DNA from: Prevotellaceae bacterium
GTDB lineage: Bacteria > Bacteroidota > Bacteroidia > Bacteroidales > Bacteroidaceae
Direction of reading: 5' to 3'
Length of the DNA stretch: 64,000 nt
Assembly (NCBI GenBank): GCA_031262085.1
Contig: JAISIN010000096.1
Location: 2,471-66,470 of the forward strand
Positions within the stretch are counted from its first letter, which is position 1. Every line of letters starts with the position of its first letter. A program made the translations under genes and the position numbers. Below, piece after piece: positions 41,498-51,673 of the stretch. Below the pieces are notes generated by a model that did not search any database, was not told the DNA's origin, and saw nothing but the letters and a program-made list of their open reading frames with translations.

Positions 41498-42748
41498 TCA
41501 ATCTATCACCAGCTCCTCTGCCTCCCCGAAGCCATCGTATCCGGTGATGATTACGCGCTCGCCCGGTTGCAACCCTGAAGTGATTTCGTATTGTTGCGGA
41601 TTTTGCCTTCCGATACTGACAGGTACCCGAACCGCTTTCGTCCCCGAAGCATTGAGGCGATAGATCCATTGTCCGCCGGTAACCTGATAGAAATTACCGC
41701 GCGGAATGACCATTGCCTGCTCGGGTTGTCCGAGTTCTATCTGCACACGGAAGCTCTTTCCTATACGCACATTGTCGGGCATCTCGCCGGTAAAGACGAG
41801 GTCGACACTGAACGCGCGGTCTTTGACTTCGGGCACCACTTTGGCAATGCGTAGCGGGTACCGTTTGCCCTGATAGAGAATGGTCGCCGGCAGTCCGGTC
41901 GTGATGCGGTCTATGTAGTATTCGCTCAACGCGGTATGAATCTTGTAGTGGTCGAGCACCTTTATCTCGCCGATGCTACTGCCCGAGGCTATTTGCTGTC
42001 CGGGTGTAACGCCGATAAAACTTAGTTGTCCGGTAATGGGGGCACGTACTGCCAGATTATCCATCCGTTCGACGGCACGTTCGTATTTCTTCCGTTCGCG
42101 GTCGCGGTCGTTAATTACCATATTACGACGAATCAAAGTCACGGCAGAGTCGCGACGCAAGCTTTCGCGTTGCAGCTCGGCGCTCTTCACCTTATAATTA
42201 TACTCATCTTCTGCCACCTCAAGTTGTGCCTTGCTTTTGATGCCCATCTTGAACTCCTCCTTATCGAGCGCAAAGCTTTTACGCAGTCGAGCCAGCTCAT
42301 AGTCGGTCTGCAGCGCTTGTTGCTGCAGGGTGAGACTTTTCTGCTCCATCTCAATCTCCTGTTCCAGATAGCTGTTGCGTTGCTTCTCCCATTCGTCGCG
42401 CTGATCTTCAATGCTGCGAAGCAAGTCGGGATTCTCCAACACAAGGATGGTATCTCCTTGCTTCATCATCCCCCCCTCTTCGCCAACGATGCGGGCTACG
42501 CTTCCCGCTTCGCGCGTATTGACCTTAATGGTGAGTATGGGTTGTATCAATCCTTCTACATCGACATACTCCATGAACTTGTCGTTTCGCACCGCGACTA
42601 TCTGCACGCTATCGCGGTCGATACGCAATTTGCTCGGTCCTGCCGAGAGAACGGCAACGTAAACAACAAGTACGAGGAAGAGTATACCTCCCAGCAAATG
42701 GTACCGATAGCGGATGTACCAAGGCTTCTTTTCTAATTTGATATCCAT
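41498..42748 (-). CDS. Efflux periplasmic adaptor (MFP/HlyD family)
   Basis: N-terminal TM, lipoyl half-motifs (GSVARIVGEEG..GD; VRAPITGQL), long coiled coil, GLQPGERVI. Confidence 0.88.
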   Translation of the reverse strand: MDIKLEKKPWYIRYRYHLLGGILFLVLVVYVAVLSAGPSKLRIDRDSVQIVAVRNDKFMEYVDVEGLIQPILTIKVNTREAGSVARIVGEEGGMMKQGDTILVLENPDLLRSIEDQRDEWEKQRNSYLEQEIEMEQKSLTLQQQALQTDYELARLRKSFALDKEEFKMGIKSKAQLEVAEDEYNYKVKSAELQRESLRRDSAVTLIRRNMVINDRDRERKKYERAVERMDNLAVRAPITGQLSFIGVTPGQQIASGSSIGEIKVLDHYKIHTALSEYYIDRITTGLPATILYQGKRYPLRIAKVVPEVKDRAFSVDLVFTGEMPDNVRIGKSFRVQIELGQPEQAMVIPRGNFYQVTGGQWIYRLNASGTKAVRVPVSIGRQNPQQYEITSGLQPGERVIITGYDGFGEAEELVID

Positions 42749-42777
42749 AGTTTTATCTGACGCTTTGTATGGGATTG

Positions 42778-44256
42778 CTATTTGATGAGTATCTCCAAGT
42801 TTTCTGTCAACTCCCGACTTTGTTCAAAATCATACAACGTCAGGCTGCGAAGTGTATAATAGAGGTTCCAATAAGTATAGAGGGCGCTGATATGGTCGCG
42901 CCGCGACTTGTCTTTCTCCGTAATAGAGGCGTTCAGGTCGAGTACGGTCGATTTTCCCAACAGGTAGAGCCGTCGGGCAACATCGGCACGTCGTTGTGCG
43001 GTCTCGTCGGTGCGGGCAGCCACCTTTACGCGTCGGGCTTGCAGGTTGAACTGCATCACTAATTTACGCACATTCTGGTCGAAGTCTACCTTTTCCTGTT
43101 CGACCTGCGAGTTGATCAGATCGAGTTGAGAGCGTGCTACGCGAATGTTTCCTTTACCCCGCCCCCAATCAAGAACCGGCAGCATGATGCCGACCGATAC
43201 TCTTTGCATATTCGACAGCTTTCGGTAAGCCAGATTCAGTTTCTCATTCGATTGCGACAACCCGAAGCTCAAGCTGAGGTCGGCTCGCAGACCGGCATTG
43301 GCGCGGGCTTGAGCGACAGTGCTCTGACCTTGCAATTGTCGGAGACGCATACTTAGCATTTCGGGGCTATTGGCACGCGCCATGCTCAAAGCGGCAGGCA
43401 GATCTATCTGCAAGCCCGGGACCTGCTCATTCACGCGAACGTGCAGGGTCACATTTTCTTGAATGCCGAGATACGAACAAAGTTGCAGCGTAGCGTTCTC
43501 GACATCAATTTGAGCATTCATCAAGTTGGTCTCTTCGGTGAGTCTGTTTACCTCCAACTGCAACATCTCATTTTCGGTGATGGTACCGATGTTGTAGCGC
43601 CCTTGTGCATATATATATAAGGTGTCGGCATTGGCATAATTGGTTCGGGCTATTTCAAGATTGGTTTGTGCCGTAGCCAGTGCAAAGAATTGTCGAGTGG
43701 CTTCGGCAGCTACCAGTTCGAGTGTCTCTACATAACTCTTTTTGGCTTCCGCATAGCGAATGGGTTCGATACGCCGATTCCATTTCAGACTGTTGTAGCC
43801 CAAAAGCGATTGAGTATAGTTGACGCTGACAGGCACCGTTTGCCACGTTACCTGCTCTTTGATAAAGTCGTCGAGGCGACCGAGATTGGAGCTAACGGAG
43901 AATGTACCTCCCGTCAACGCTATGTTTTGAGAGAGGCTCAGTGCAAGGTTGGTGCTTAGATAGTTCTGCTCGGCTGTCACAAACCCTCCTCCATCTTGAG
44001 GGATATTGGTAAACTCATGACTCAGTCCCGGATTCGAACTCAGTGTCAGCGACGGCAAGTAGTTGGCTTGATAAGACTTATAGTTCCAATATGCAGCCCG
44101 ATAGGTATGCCGTGCCGCCCGTGCATCAGGCGATTGCTCGCGTGCCCACTCAATGGTTTGGTCGAGTGTCAATTCGAGAATATTCGTTTGCGAACGGACA
44201 ACAAGCGTCCCTAAGCAACAGCCGGTTCCAAGTAGCAAATGTCTTAAACGCATCAT
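42778..44256 (-). CDS. TolC family outer-membrane efflux protein
   Basis: Signal peptide, two OEP repeats (YLPSLTLS; LPVLDWGRG), Y.QGRY..G and YLLGKSTVLDL. Confidence 0.88.
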   Translation of the reverse strand: MMRLRHLLLGTGCCLGTLVVRSQTNILELTLDQTIEWAREQSPDARAARHTYRAAYWNYKSYQANYLPSLTLSSNPGLSHEFTNIPQDGGGFVTAEQNYLSTNLALSLSQNIALTGGTFSVSSNLGRLDDFIKEQVTWQTVPVSVNYTQSLLGYNSLKWNRRIEPIRYAEAKKSYVETLELVAAEATRQFFALATAQTNLEIARTNYANADTLYIYAQGRYNIGTITENEMLQLEVNRLTEETNLMNAQIDVENATLQLCSYLGIQENVTLHVRVNEQVPGLQIDLPAALSMARANSPEMLSMRLRQLQGQSTVAQARANAGLRADLSLSFGLSQSNEKLNLAYRKLSNMQRVSVGIMLPVLDWGRGKGNIRVARSQLDLINSQVEQEKVDFDQNVRKLVMQFNLQARRVKVAARTDETAQRRADVARRLYLLGKSTVLDLNASITEKDKSRRDHISALYTYWNLYYTLRSLTLYDFEQSRELTENLEILIK

Positions 44257-44282
44257 GATACAGTCATTTTTACTATAAGAAC

Positions 44283-44300
44283 TTCAAAAGGTATGCCAAA
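44283..44300 (-). promoter_or_regulatory. Sigma-54-like -24/-12 motif upstream of tolC
   Basis: Minus strand TTTGGCATACCTTTTGAA (TGGCA-N6-TTGA). Confidence 0.45.
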
Positions 44301-44446
44301 GTCATAACCAATTATGGATGAATCAGTAACGATAATAAGTAGCGTATGGATGGTGTGCACAACCGCACATCACATGTGCAATTGCGCACTCTCAGGGAGG
44401 ACTAAATCACTTCATTCATCGTACAAGTCACACGCGATAAAGCGCT

Positions 44447-44507
44447 TGTAATGCAAATGTAACCCGACTATCTATGCATTGTAACAAAAACGTTTTATCC
44501 ATGTAAC
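44447..44507 (+). promoter_or_regulatory. In-phase TGTAA(C) direct-repeat array (OmpR/PhoB-type box candidate)
   Basis: TGTAA(T/C) at 44447, 44458, 44480 and 44502 (spacings 11, 22, 22). Confidence 0.5.
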
Positions 44508-44555
44508 ACCAACTCCCCATCTTTGCGGCGTAATTTTAAGAGCTAAAAAACAAAG

Positions 44556-47384
44556 ATGGACAACAATGCAAAATTTACATGGAGTATGGATCCGGGCAAG
44601 ATATTCTTCCTGATCCTGCTCTTTACGTTGATTGCCATGAGCGCCATGGCAGGAAACATCAAAGGCACCATAGTCGACAAGCAGACCCGAGATCCGCTTA
44701 CCGGCGCTACGGTACAGATAGCCGGAACCACCACAGGCGCCGTAGCCGACATCGACGGCAACTATTCGCTTCCGGTCGAACAAAACCGAACTTACACCCT
44801 ATATATAAAGTATATCGGCTACAAAGACATACAGGTGACGGACCTGCACATCACGCAAGAGACCACGCTGCTGAACATTGAGATGGAGAGCGATGCGCAG
44901 GCGCTGACCGAGGTCGCCGTAGTTGCCGCCGTCAAGAAGAACACCGAAAACGCCCTGCTCACCGAACAACGCCGCAGCCTCGTGGTACAAAGCGGTGTTT
45001 CTGCCGCACAGATAGCCCGGACGCAAGACAAAGATGCGTCGGAAGTGATAAAGCGCGTGCCCGGCATCTCGATCATCGACGAGAAGTTTGTCATGGTGCG
45101 CGGCTTGTCGCAACGCTACAACAACGTGTGGCTCAACGGTAGCGCCGTACCCAGCTCGGAAGCCGATTCGCGCGCCTTCTCGTTCGACATCATTCCCGGA
45201 TCGCAACTCGACCACATCATCATTGTCAAAAGCCCGGCGCCCGAATATCCTGCCGACTTCACTGGCGGATTCATCCTCATCAACACCAAAGAGCAACCCG
45301 ACAACAACGGCATGCAGCTATCCGCAGCCGGTGCAGTCAACGACCGCACACATTTCAAACACTTCCTACATGCACGGGGAAGCAGCACCGACCGGCTGGG
45401 TTTTGATAATGGCTTCCGTTCACTGAACGCCGGAATGACGGGAGCGTTGAAGACCTACCCCGGCTACGACAGCGGTAACACCGCACGCATCGACCTGTTG
45501 AAGAACGGACTGAACAACGACTGGCACGTGCGAAGCATACACCCCGCCGCCGACCTGAAGCTGAACCTCGTTTACAATCACCAGTGGCAGACCGAGAGCG
45601 GACGCAGCCTGAGCATGCTGGCAGCAGTCAACTACAGCAACAGTTACAAAACCTATACAGACATGGAGAACTCACTCTATGGTCCCTACGACATTGCCAA
45701 CGACAAAGAGGTGCTGCTACGCAAAGCTACCGACAATCAATACAGCAACGATGTGCGTCTGGGCGCCATGCTCAACTTCACCATCAGCCCACGGGATACA
45801 CACCACACGTTCGAGTTTAAGAACATCTTCAACCAACTAGCCAAAGACCGATACTCGGAGCGCGAAGGGTTCAATGCCCAACCCGACAAGATACAACAGA
45901 TGGAGTACTACTACTCCAGCCGAACCACCTACAATGCGCAGTTCACCGGCAAGCACGTGTACGACCACAACCGCGTAGACTGGAGTGTGGGTTATGCATA
46001 TTCCAACCGCAACCTGCCCGACCGGCGACGTATTGAGCTGACCGACCGCACCGACGAGGTGATGAGCATCTACCGCATCAGTCGCGAGTTTACCCGACTC
46101 GACGAGCACATCGCCTCTGCCAACCTCAACTATCGGCACGACTTCCGTTTCGGCAGCTTCATGCCTACCCTGAAAGCAGGTGCCTACGGCGAATACCGCA
46201 GCCGAAGCTACCGCACGCGCGAGTTTCAGTATAGCTGGCAGCCACAGAACGCCCTGCCGCCCCGCTTCGAGTTCGATACCGACGTGGCAGACAACGTGCT
46301 CATCGACAGCAACTACGGCGCCGACAAGCTCTACATGCAGGAATCGGTAGATTTCCGTAACAATTATCAAGGACGCAACACACAAGTGTCGGGCTATGCA
46401 GCGTTCAATCTGCCTGTCGACGCTTGGCAGTTCTACGTCGGCGCCCGATACGAGTATGCTCGGCAGGAACTCATCATGAACACACGGTCGCAAGAAGAAA
46501 GTCCGCACAGCACCTTCTACGACTACAAAGACTTTTTCCCGTCGCTCAACGCCTCCTACAAGCTGAACGAACAGCACCAGCTGCGCTTGGCTTACGGCAA
46601 ATCGGTCAACCGACCCGAGTTTCGCGAACTTTCGACCTCTGTCTATTACGATTTCGACCTGGGCAGCGACGTGATGGGCAACTCCGACTTGCAGGCAGCC
46701 TACATACACAATGTTGACCTGCGCTACGAATGGTACCCGTCGCACGGTGAGCAGATCTCGGTTGCGCTCTTCTACAAGCACTTTGAGCATCCCATCGAAT
46801 GGACCTACACTCTGTCGGGCGGCACAGACCCCATATACTCATACATCAACGCACGCGGCGCCAACAACTACGGCGTCGAAATAGATATTCGCAAGAATCT
46901 CGACTTCCTCGGCATGAACCATTTCAGCCTCTCCTTTAACGGCGCCTGGATCAAGAGTCGGGTGCAGTTCGAGAAAGGCAGTAAGGACATCGATCGCCCC
47001 ATGCAGGGACAGTCGCCCTACATTGTCAACGCCGGACTGTTCTACAACAATCCCGACTGCGGATGGAACTTCGCCGTACTGTATAATCGAATCGGCAAAC
47101 GCATCATCGGCGTGGGCAACCGCTACGGCAGCTCCTCCGACGGCGATGCACGCAACATTCCCAACTCCTACGAAATGCCCCGCAACGCCATCGACCTCTC
47201 GGCAGGCAAAACGCTCGGACGCTGGGAACTGAAAGCTACCTTGCGCGACCTGCTCGCCGAACGCTATCTCTTCAAACAGTTCGAAGAAATCGAGAGCGCC
47301 GGACAGAAACGCACCATCGAGGAGGTAACCCGCAGCTATAAGCCCGGACGAACCTTCCAACTAAGTATCGGATACAGATTTTAA
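44556..47384 (+). CDS. TonB-dependent receptor
   Basis: CarboxypepD_reg-like N-domain (IKGTIVDKQTRDPLTGATV), plug (VIKRVPGISI..VMVRGLSQRYN), beta-barrel ending IGYRF. Start is 44556 or 44586. Confidence 0.93.
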   Translation: MDNNAKFTWSMDPGKIFFLILLFTLIAMSAMAGNIKGTIVDKQTRDPLTGATVQIAGTTTGAVADIDGNYSLPVEQNRTYTLYIKYIGYKDIQVTDLHITQETTLLNIEMESDAQALTEVAVVAAVKKNTENALLTEQRRSLVVQSGVSAAQIARTQDKDASEVIKRVPGISIIDEKFVMVRGLSQRYNNVWLNGSAVPSSEADSRAFSFDIIPGSQLDHIIIVKSPAPEYPADFTGGFILINTKEQPDNNGMQLSAAGAVNDRTHFKHFLHARGSSTDRLGFDNGFRSLNAGMTGALKTYPGYDSGNTARIDLLKNGLNNDWHVRSIHPAADLKLNLVYNHQWQTESGRSLSMLAAVNYSNSYKTYTDMENSLYGPYDIANDKEVLLRKATDNQYSNDVRLGAMLNFTISPRDTHHTFEFKNIFNQLAKDRYSEREGFNAQPDKIQQMEYYYSSRTTYNAQFTGKHVYDHNRVDWSVGYAYSNRNLPDRRRIELTDRTDEVMSIYRISREFTRLDEHIASANLNYRHDFRFGSFMPTLKAGAYGEYRSRSYRTREFQYSWQPQNALPPRFEFDTDVADNVLIDSNYGADKLYMQESVDFRNNYQGRNTQVSGYAAFNLPVDAWQFYVGARYEYARQELIMNTRSQEESPHSTFYDYKDFFPSLNASYKLNEQHQLRLAYGKSVNRPEFRELSTSVYYDFDLGSDVMGNSDLQAAYIHNVDLRYEWYPSHGEQISVALFYKHFEHPIEWTYTLSGGTDPIYSYINARGANNYGVEIDIRKNLDFLGMNHFSLSFNGAWIKSRVQFEKGSKDIDRPMQGQSPYIVNAGLFYNNPDCGWNFAVLYNRIGKRIIGVGNRYGSSSDGDARNIPNSYEMPRNAIDLSAGKTLGRWELKATLRDLLAERYLFKQFEEIESAGQKRTIEEVTRSYKPGRTFQLSIGYRF

Positions 47385-47396
47385 GTGAACGACCTT

Positions 47397-47448
47397 CATT
47401 CAACTTTCAATCTTCAATCTCTAATTTTTAATCTCTAATTTTTAATTT
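47397..47448 (+). repeat. 7-bp-period AAYTTTC-type ladder directly before a start codon
   Basis: CATTC AACTTTC AATCTTC AATCTCT AATTTTT AATCTCT AATTTTT AATTT ATG. Confidence 0.7.
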
Positions 47449-48963
47449 ATGAACGTAAAAATGAAAACAATGTGCTGGACACTCTTCATGAGTGCAGCCA
47501 TCGCCCTCGGAAGTATGATGACTGCTTGTAGCAGTAGTAACGATACCCCCGCACCGCCCATTACGGGAGGTGGTGACGGCAACGAGGACAAAGACCCCGA
47601 AGTGAGCTATGTAGGCTCGGTAGCTTATTCGGATGGCATCTTGTTCAATAAGAAAACCGAATTGGGCAACGGCAGTCAGGAGTTTGTCTTCGGCGGCAAC
47701 GTCGAACTGGGCAAAGGAACCTATCTGCTGAAGGGATGGGTGTACGTAGCCAAAGGTGCTAAGCTGGTAATTCCCGCCGGCACCGTTATTAAGGGCGACA
47801 AGCAAACGCAGGCTGCGTTGATTATAGAACCGGGCGGATACGTAGAGATGAGAGGTACGAAGGAAGCACCCATCGTGATGACCTCCGAGGAGGCGCCGGG
47901 CAACCGTCGACCGGGCGATTGGGGCGGACTGATTATCTGCGGATATGCCAAAAACAATCAGGGCGAACAGCAGATCGAAGGCGGACCGCGCACCAAGCAC
48001 GGCGGCGACGACGACAACGACAACTCGGGCATCTTTCAGTACATACGCGTAGAGTTTGCCGGATACCCGTTTGCTACCGACAAGGAGATCAACGGAATCA
48101 CCTTCGGATCGGTAGGTAAGGCTACCATCATCGACCACTTGCAAGTCTCCTACTCGAACGACGACTCTTACGAATGGTTCGGCGGCACTGCCGACGCTAG
48201 TTATCTGGTTGCCTACAAGGGATGGGACGACGATTTCGATACCGACAACGGATTCAGCGGCACCGTGCAGTACTGCCTCGCTATTCGCGACCCGCGCATT
48301 GCCGATACGTCGCAAAGCAACTCCTTCGAATCGGACAACAACGCCACCGGCGCCGACACGGCTCCTTTCACCCATGCCACCTTCAAGAACGTGACGCTCA
48401 TCGGTCCGGCTGTTGCTAAAAACAGCGACTTCGTGAACTCATCCGAGTATATCAATGCCGGCAGCGTGTATCCCGACAACGGCTCCAAGCTGGGCAAGTT
48501 TCAAGCAGCCATACAGATTCGGCGCAGCAGCAAGCTCAACATCGAAAACATGCTGGCAGCGGGCTATCCCATCGGATTGATTGTCGACGGTGAGAAGGGC
48601 AACAGTGTGCAGTATGCCCGTGATGGAGAATTTAAGTTGAGAAATATCTTCTTTGCCGGAATGAGTGCCCTCGGATCGGACAACAACAAGAAGTACGAAG
48701 ACGAACTCTACGACCCCGAAACGAAGAGCTACGACGCCACACAGTTCTCCTATTCGCACACGTTTTTTCTAAGCCAAGCCGGCAATAAGGTGATGAACGA
48801 AGCCGACCTCAACCTCACCGACCCTGCCAAGACCGGACAAAACTATTGCCCCGCAGCAATCATCAGCGATGGAAACGGCGGTTATATTGGAGCTTTTAAG
48901 GAGAGCAGCGACAACTGGTTAGAGGGATGGACAAACTTCGACCCGCAGAACACGGTATATTGA
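47449..48963 (+). CDS. Outer-membrane lipoprotein with predicted beta-helix repeats, partner of the TBDR
   Basis: Lipobox MTAC, low-complexity linker, PGDWGGLIICG, YIRVEFAGY, DDSYEWFGG, DDDFDTDNG and WLEGWTNFDPQN. Confidence 0.75.
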   Translation: MNVKMKTMCWTLFMSAAIALGSMMTACSSSNDTPAPPITGGGDGNEDKDPEVSYVGSVAYSDGILFNKKTELGNGSQEFVFGGNVELGKGTYLLKGWVYVAKGAKLVIPAGTVIKGDKQTQAALIIEPGGYVEMRGTKEAPIVMTSEEAPGNRRPGDWGGLIICGYAKNNQGEQQIEGGPRTKHGGDDDNDNSGIFQYIRVEFAGYPFATDKEINGITFGSVGKATIIDHLQVSYSNDDSYEWFGGTADASYLVAYKGWDDDFDTDNGFSGTVQYCLAIRDPRIADTSQSNSFESDNNATGADTAPFTHATFKNVTLIGPAVAKNSDFVNSSEYINAGSVYPDNGSKLGKFQAAIQIRRSSKLNIENMLAAGYPIGLIVDGEKGNSVQYARDGEFKLRNIFFAGMSALGSDNNKKYEDELYDPETKSYDATQFSYSHTFFLSQAGNKVMNEADLNLTDPAKTGQNYCPAAIISDGNGGYIGAFKESSDNWLEGWTNFDPQNTVY

Positions 48964-48972
48964 TTTATATCT

Positions 48973-49227
48973 CTATATCAATCGGCGAATGCGGCGGATG
49001 ATTTTCATTCCCAACAAAATACCGTCGAACACAGCCATGCCGGTCTGGAAGGCACGTACCATGGATTCGCCTTTAGAGGCGGTTCGCTCTACGGAGGCAA
49101 ACGAAGCCCGCGCCAGATCGGTCATTTTCTGTTGCTGTGCGCGAACAGCCTGTCGCATCTCCCGTCGACGGGCAACAAGCTCGTCGAGTGTTTGCGGTAT
49201 CTTTTCATTCGGAAGGGAAGTATCCAT
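48973..49227 (-). CDS. Small hypothetical protein (YqjK-like position in the ytxH operon)
   Basis: 84-aa coiled-coil ORF with a basic hydrophobic C-terminus; co-oriented, 13 bp from the upstream gene. Confidence 0.6.
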   Translation of the reverse strand: MDTSLPNEKIPQTLDELVARRREMRQAVRAQQQKMTDLARASFASVERTASKGESMVRAFQTGMAVFDGILLGMKIIRRIRRLI

Positions 49228-49240
49228 GGTTCTCTTTGGG

Positions 49241-49609
49241 TTATGATGACTTATCCGTGTTCAAAAACAATTCCGCAAGAAACCTCACCATCGGATGGAT
49301 GATCAGTTTCTTGCGGAACACAGCAATCAAAAGTATCAGCAGCAGATGAAAGGCGGCTATAATGCCGTAGCTAACCACCAATCCACCTACTAACGGACTC
49401 AGAACATAAGCAAAAGTGAGTGAAAGATAAAACAGAGCAATCATGCCCAATACTATCAACAGCAACACAAGCACCATAGTGGAGAGCAATACACTCAACT
49501 TCTCAGTCAGTTCCAACTTGGTGTATTCCTTCTGCAACTCAAGGTATTTCTTAAACTCGATAAACAATTGCTGCAGATTATCAATATTCTTGTCGCTTGC
49601 AAACATCAT
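49241..49609 (-). CDS. Two-TM 'phage holin family'/YqjE-like membrane protein
   Basis: N-terminal coiled coil YLELQKEYTKLELTEK followed by two TM helices. Confidence 0.7.
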   Translation of the reverse strand: MMFASDKNIDNLQQLFIEFKKYLELQKEYTKLELTEKLSVLLSTMVLVLLLIVLGMIALFYLSLTFAYVLSPLVGGLVVSYGIIAAFHLLLILLIAVFRKKLIIHPMVRFLAELFLNTDKSS

Positions 49610-49648
49610 GGCTGTGCTCTTTTTATGCCTTTACGTCGACGATTGTGT

Positions 49649-49858
49649 TTAGTCTTTCACTTCATTTTTCAGTTCGGCGGCAATCTCATCTACCAGATTG
49701 TCCATTTCTAAACCTTTCAGCGTGATACCCTTTTTACGAAGTATCTCGGCTATTTTAGAACGCGTGTCTTCTCCTTTTTCGGGAGCAAACAAGATACCAA
49801 CGGCAGCTCCAACGGCGGCGCCACCCAAGAATGCACATAGAACATTTAATCCTTTCAT
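49649..49858 (-). CDS. YtxH domain protein
   Basis: FLGGAAVGAAVGILFAPEKGEDTR is the YtxH signature. Confidence 0.88.
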   Translation of the reverse strand: MKGLNVLCAFLGGAAVGAAVGILFAPEKGEDTRSKIAEILRKKGITLKGLEMDNLVDEIAAELKNEVKD

Positions 49859-49952
49859 AATCTTTTTCCTTTCTTTTTAAATACAAGTTATATCAAATAT
49901 GACTATGGAAAGATAACGTGTCCCGATAAGAAGTTGTTCAATCTGCCCACAC

Positions 49953-50678
49953 TTATTTTGAGCAAAGCAGTGACGGCAGCTCCTCCAAGCGTCTGACGCA
50001 GCACACATTCGGGCGCGTTACGGCGTGGGCAGGAATGCCCATGATGACTTGGCAGCCCAATGTAAGTGCCGGTTGGATGTCGTTCTTGTACGAATCGCCT
50101 ACAACCGCCACTTCGGCAGGAGTGAAGCCGGCTTGTTCGATAGCCAACCGCCACAGTTCGGGGTCGGGTTTGCGCACACCGGCTATGGTCGAATCGGTGA
50201 TGAAGTAGAAAAATGAAGCGATATCAAGGTCGGAAGCTATTTTGGCAATATTACCGTAGTAATTCGACACGAGCAACAAGGTGTACGACCGATGCAGGGT
50301 CTCCAGTACCGGACGGGCAGCAGCAACATAGCCCGATGCGTAGTCGGTGACCAATTGCGCAGCGCATTTGAAAATCGCTTCGCGCTCGTCGACCGGTAAG
50401 TCGATGGTTTCGTGCTGAAGCAGGTAGCGAAATTGCAACTGCACCTTAATATGTTGGGTTTCGTATAGGGAACACGTGGGCTGAACCAGATGGTGACGTT
50501 CCATCATCTGTTCGGCATAGATGTATGCTTCACGGAAGTTTTCGGGTGTCAGCGGTAATCTCATCTGTTCGACATATATCTTCAGATAGATATCCATCCA
50601 GTGTAGAAAAGGCGAATCGATAGTGCCTCCGAAGTCGAAAGCTATTGCCTTCAGGTTACTTGTATCAATGTGTGTCAT
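49953..50678 (-). CDS. HAD-superfamily hydrolase
   Basis: FDFGGT (motif I variant), LVSN, KPDP and VGDSYKND. Confidence 0.88.
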   Translation of the reverse strand: MTHIDTSNLKAIAFDFGGTIDSPFLHWMDIYLKIYVEQMRLPLTPENFREAYIYAEQMMERHHLVQPTCSLYETQHIKVQLQFRYLLQHETIDLPVDEREAIFKCAAQLVTDYASGYVAAARPVLETLHRSYTLLLVSNYYGNIAKIASDLDIASFFYFITDSTIAGVRKPDPELWRLAIEQAGFTPAEVAVVGDSYKNDIQPALTLGCQVIMGIPAHAVTRPNVCCVRRLEELPSLLCSK

Positions 50679-51673
50679 GATTTCTTTTTATTTCCTATTT
50701 TCATTAATCCCAATCCTATCACAACCCATACCAGCTCGCGCACACGGGTGATAAGGGCTGTATATACGCCATAGGCGCCCGACATGGAGAGACCGCCCAC
50801 AGCCAGCGCCAATCCGCCTTCGCGTCCGCCGATCTGCATCGGCATAAAAAAGAGCAGGTTTGCCAGCAGTGATGAGAATGCCAGTATCAGGAAGCAATCC
50901 ATGAAGCTGACATGCGTAGTAAGCACATTCATGATGAGCCAGATCTCGCCACAACTCACAATGCGAGCCAGATATTCCAAAAACAAGGCGCCGTAGAAGG
51001 CGCTTTTCCGTTGCCGATGCAGCAGGGAGATCTGTCGGTCTATCCCTTCGAGCTGAACGCGATACTTATCGGCAAAGCGAATGGCATGCTTTTTCAAGAG
51101 AGGTATCTTACTGCCCAGACGAATGCAAGCCACTGCCATGCCGTGCCGATAGCCTTTCACAAACAAAATGCCCAGCAGCAGGCAGAAGAGGATGATCAGA
51201 CCGAGCACAATGCCCATCTCCCAACTCACTTTATAGAACGACACAAATACCACAACTGCACTTATCCAGAACAGAAAGTGCGAACAGATGTGCATCATGA
51301 CGTACAGAATGACCGATGAGGTGGCACGCTCTACCCCCACATAAGGGGTCAGCTCCATGATTCGGTAAGGCTCGCCGCCCATCAGTCCCACCGGCGTGAC
51401 ATAGTTCAGCGAAAAAGCCGAGACGGTGAGTTTGTAGAGGTGGGAGAACGACAGTGAAGAGCTATCGCCGCTACTACGCACAATGATATACCACGACAAG
51501 GTGTTGATTAGGTAGACAAACAGCCACAGCAAAAGTACCAACGGCAGGTAGCCTCCGGCACGCTTCAGGTTACTCAGCAGCTCCTCGTAAGAGATGTTGA
51601 ATGTGCACAACATCACCATAACGGCTACGATGCCGAAGAGAAGAAAAAGGTTTCTAAATCGGGGGGTACTCAT
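50675..51673 (-). CDS. Lysylphosphatidylglycerol-synthase TM-domain (flippase-like) protein
   Basis: Multi-TM; NYVTPVGLMGGEPYR and MPMQIGGREGG motifs. Confidence 0.82.
   Translation of the reverse strand: MSTPRFRNLFLLFGIVAVMVMLCTFNISYEELLSNLKRAGGYLPLVLLLWLFVYLINTLSWYIIVRSSGDSSSLSFSHLYKLTVSAFSLNYVTPVGLMGGEPYRIMELTPYVGVERATSSVILYVMMHICSHFLFWISAVVVFVSFYKVSWEMGIVLGLIILFCLLLGILFVKGYRHGMAVACIRLGSKIPLLKKHAIRFADKYRVQLEGIDRQISLLHRQRKSAFYGALFLEYLARIVSCGEIWLIMNVLTTHVSFMDCFLILAFSSLLANLLFFMPMQIGGREGGLALAVGGLSMSGAYGVYTALITRVRELVWVVIGLGLMKIGNKKKS

Noticed and set aside
48973-49858. 'Phage holin family' gene as evidence of a prophage
   Set aside because: It is in the ytxH-linked three-gene membrane operon; there are no phage structural, lysis or integrase genes nearby.
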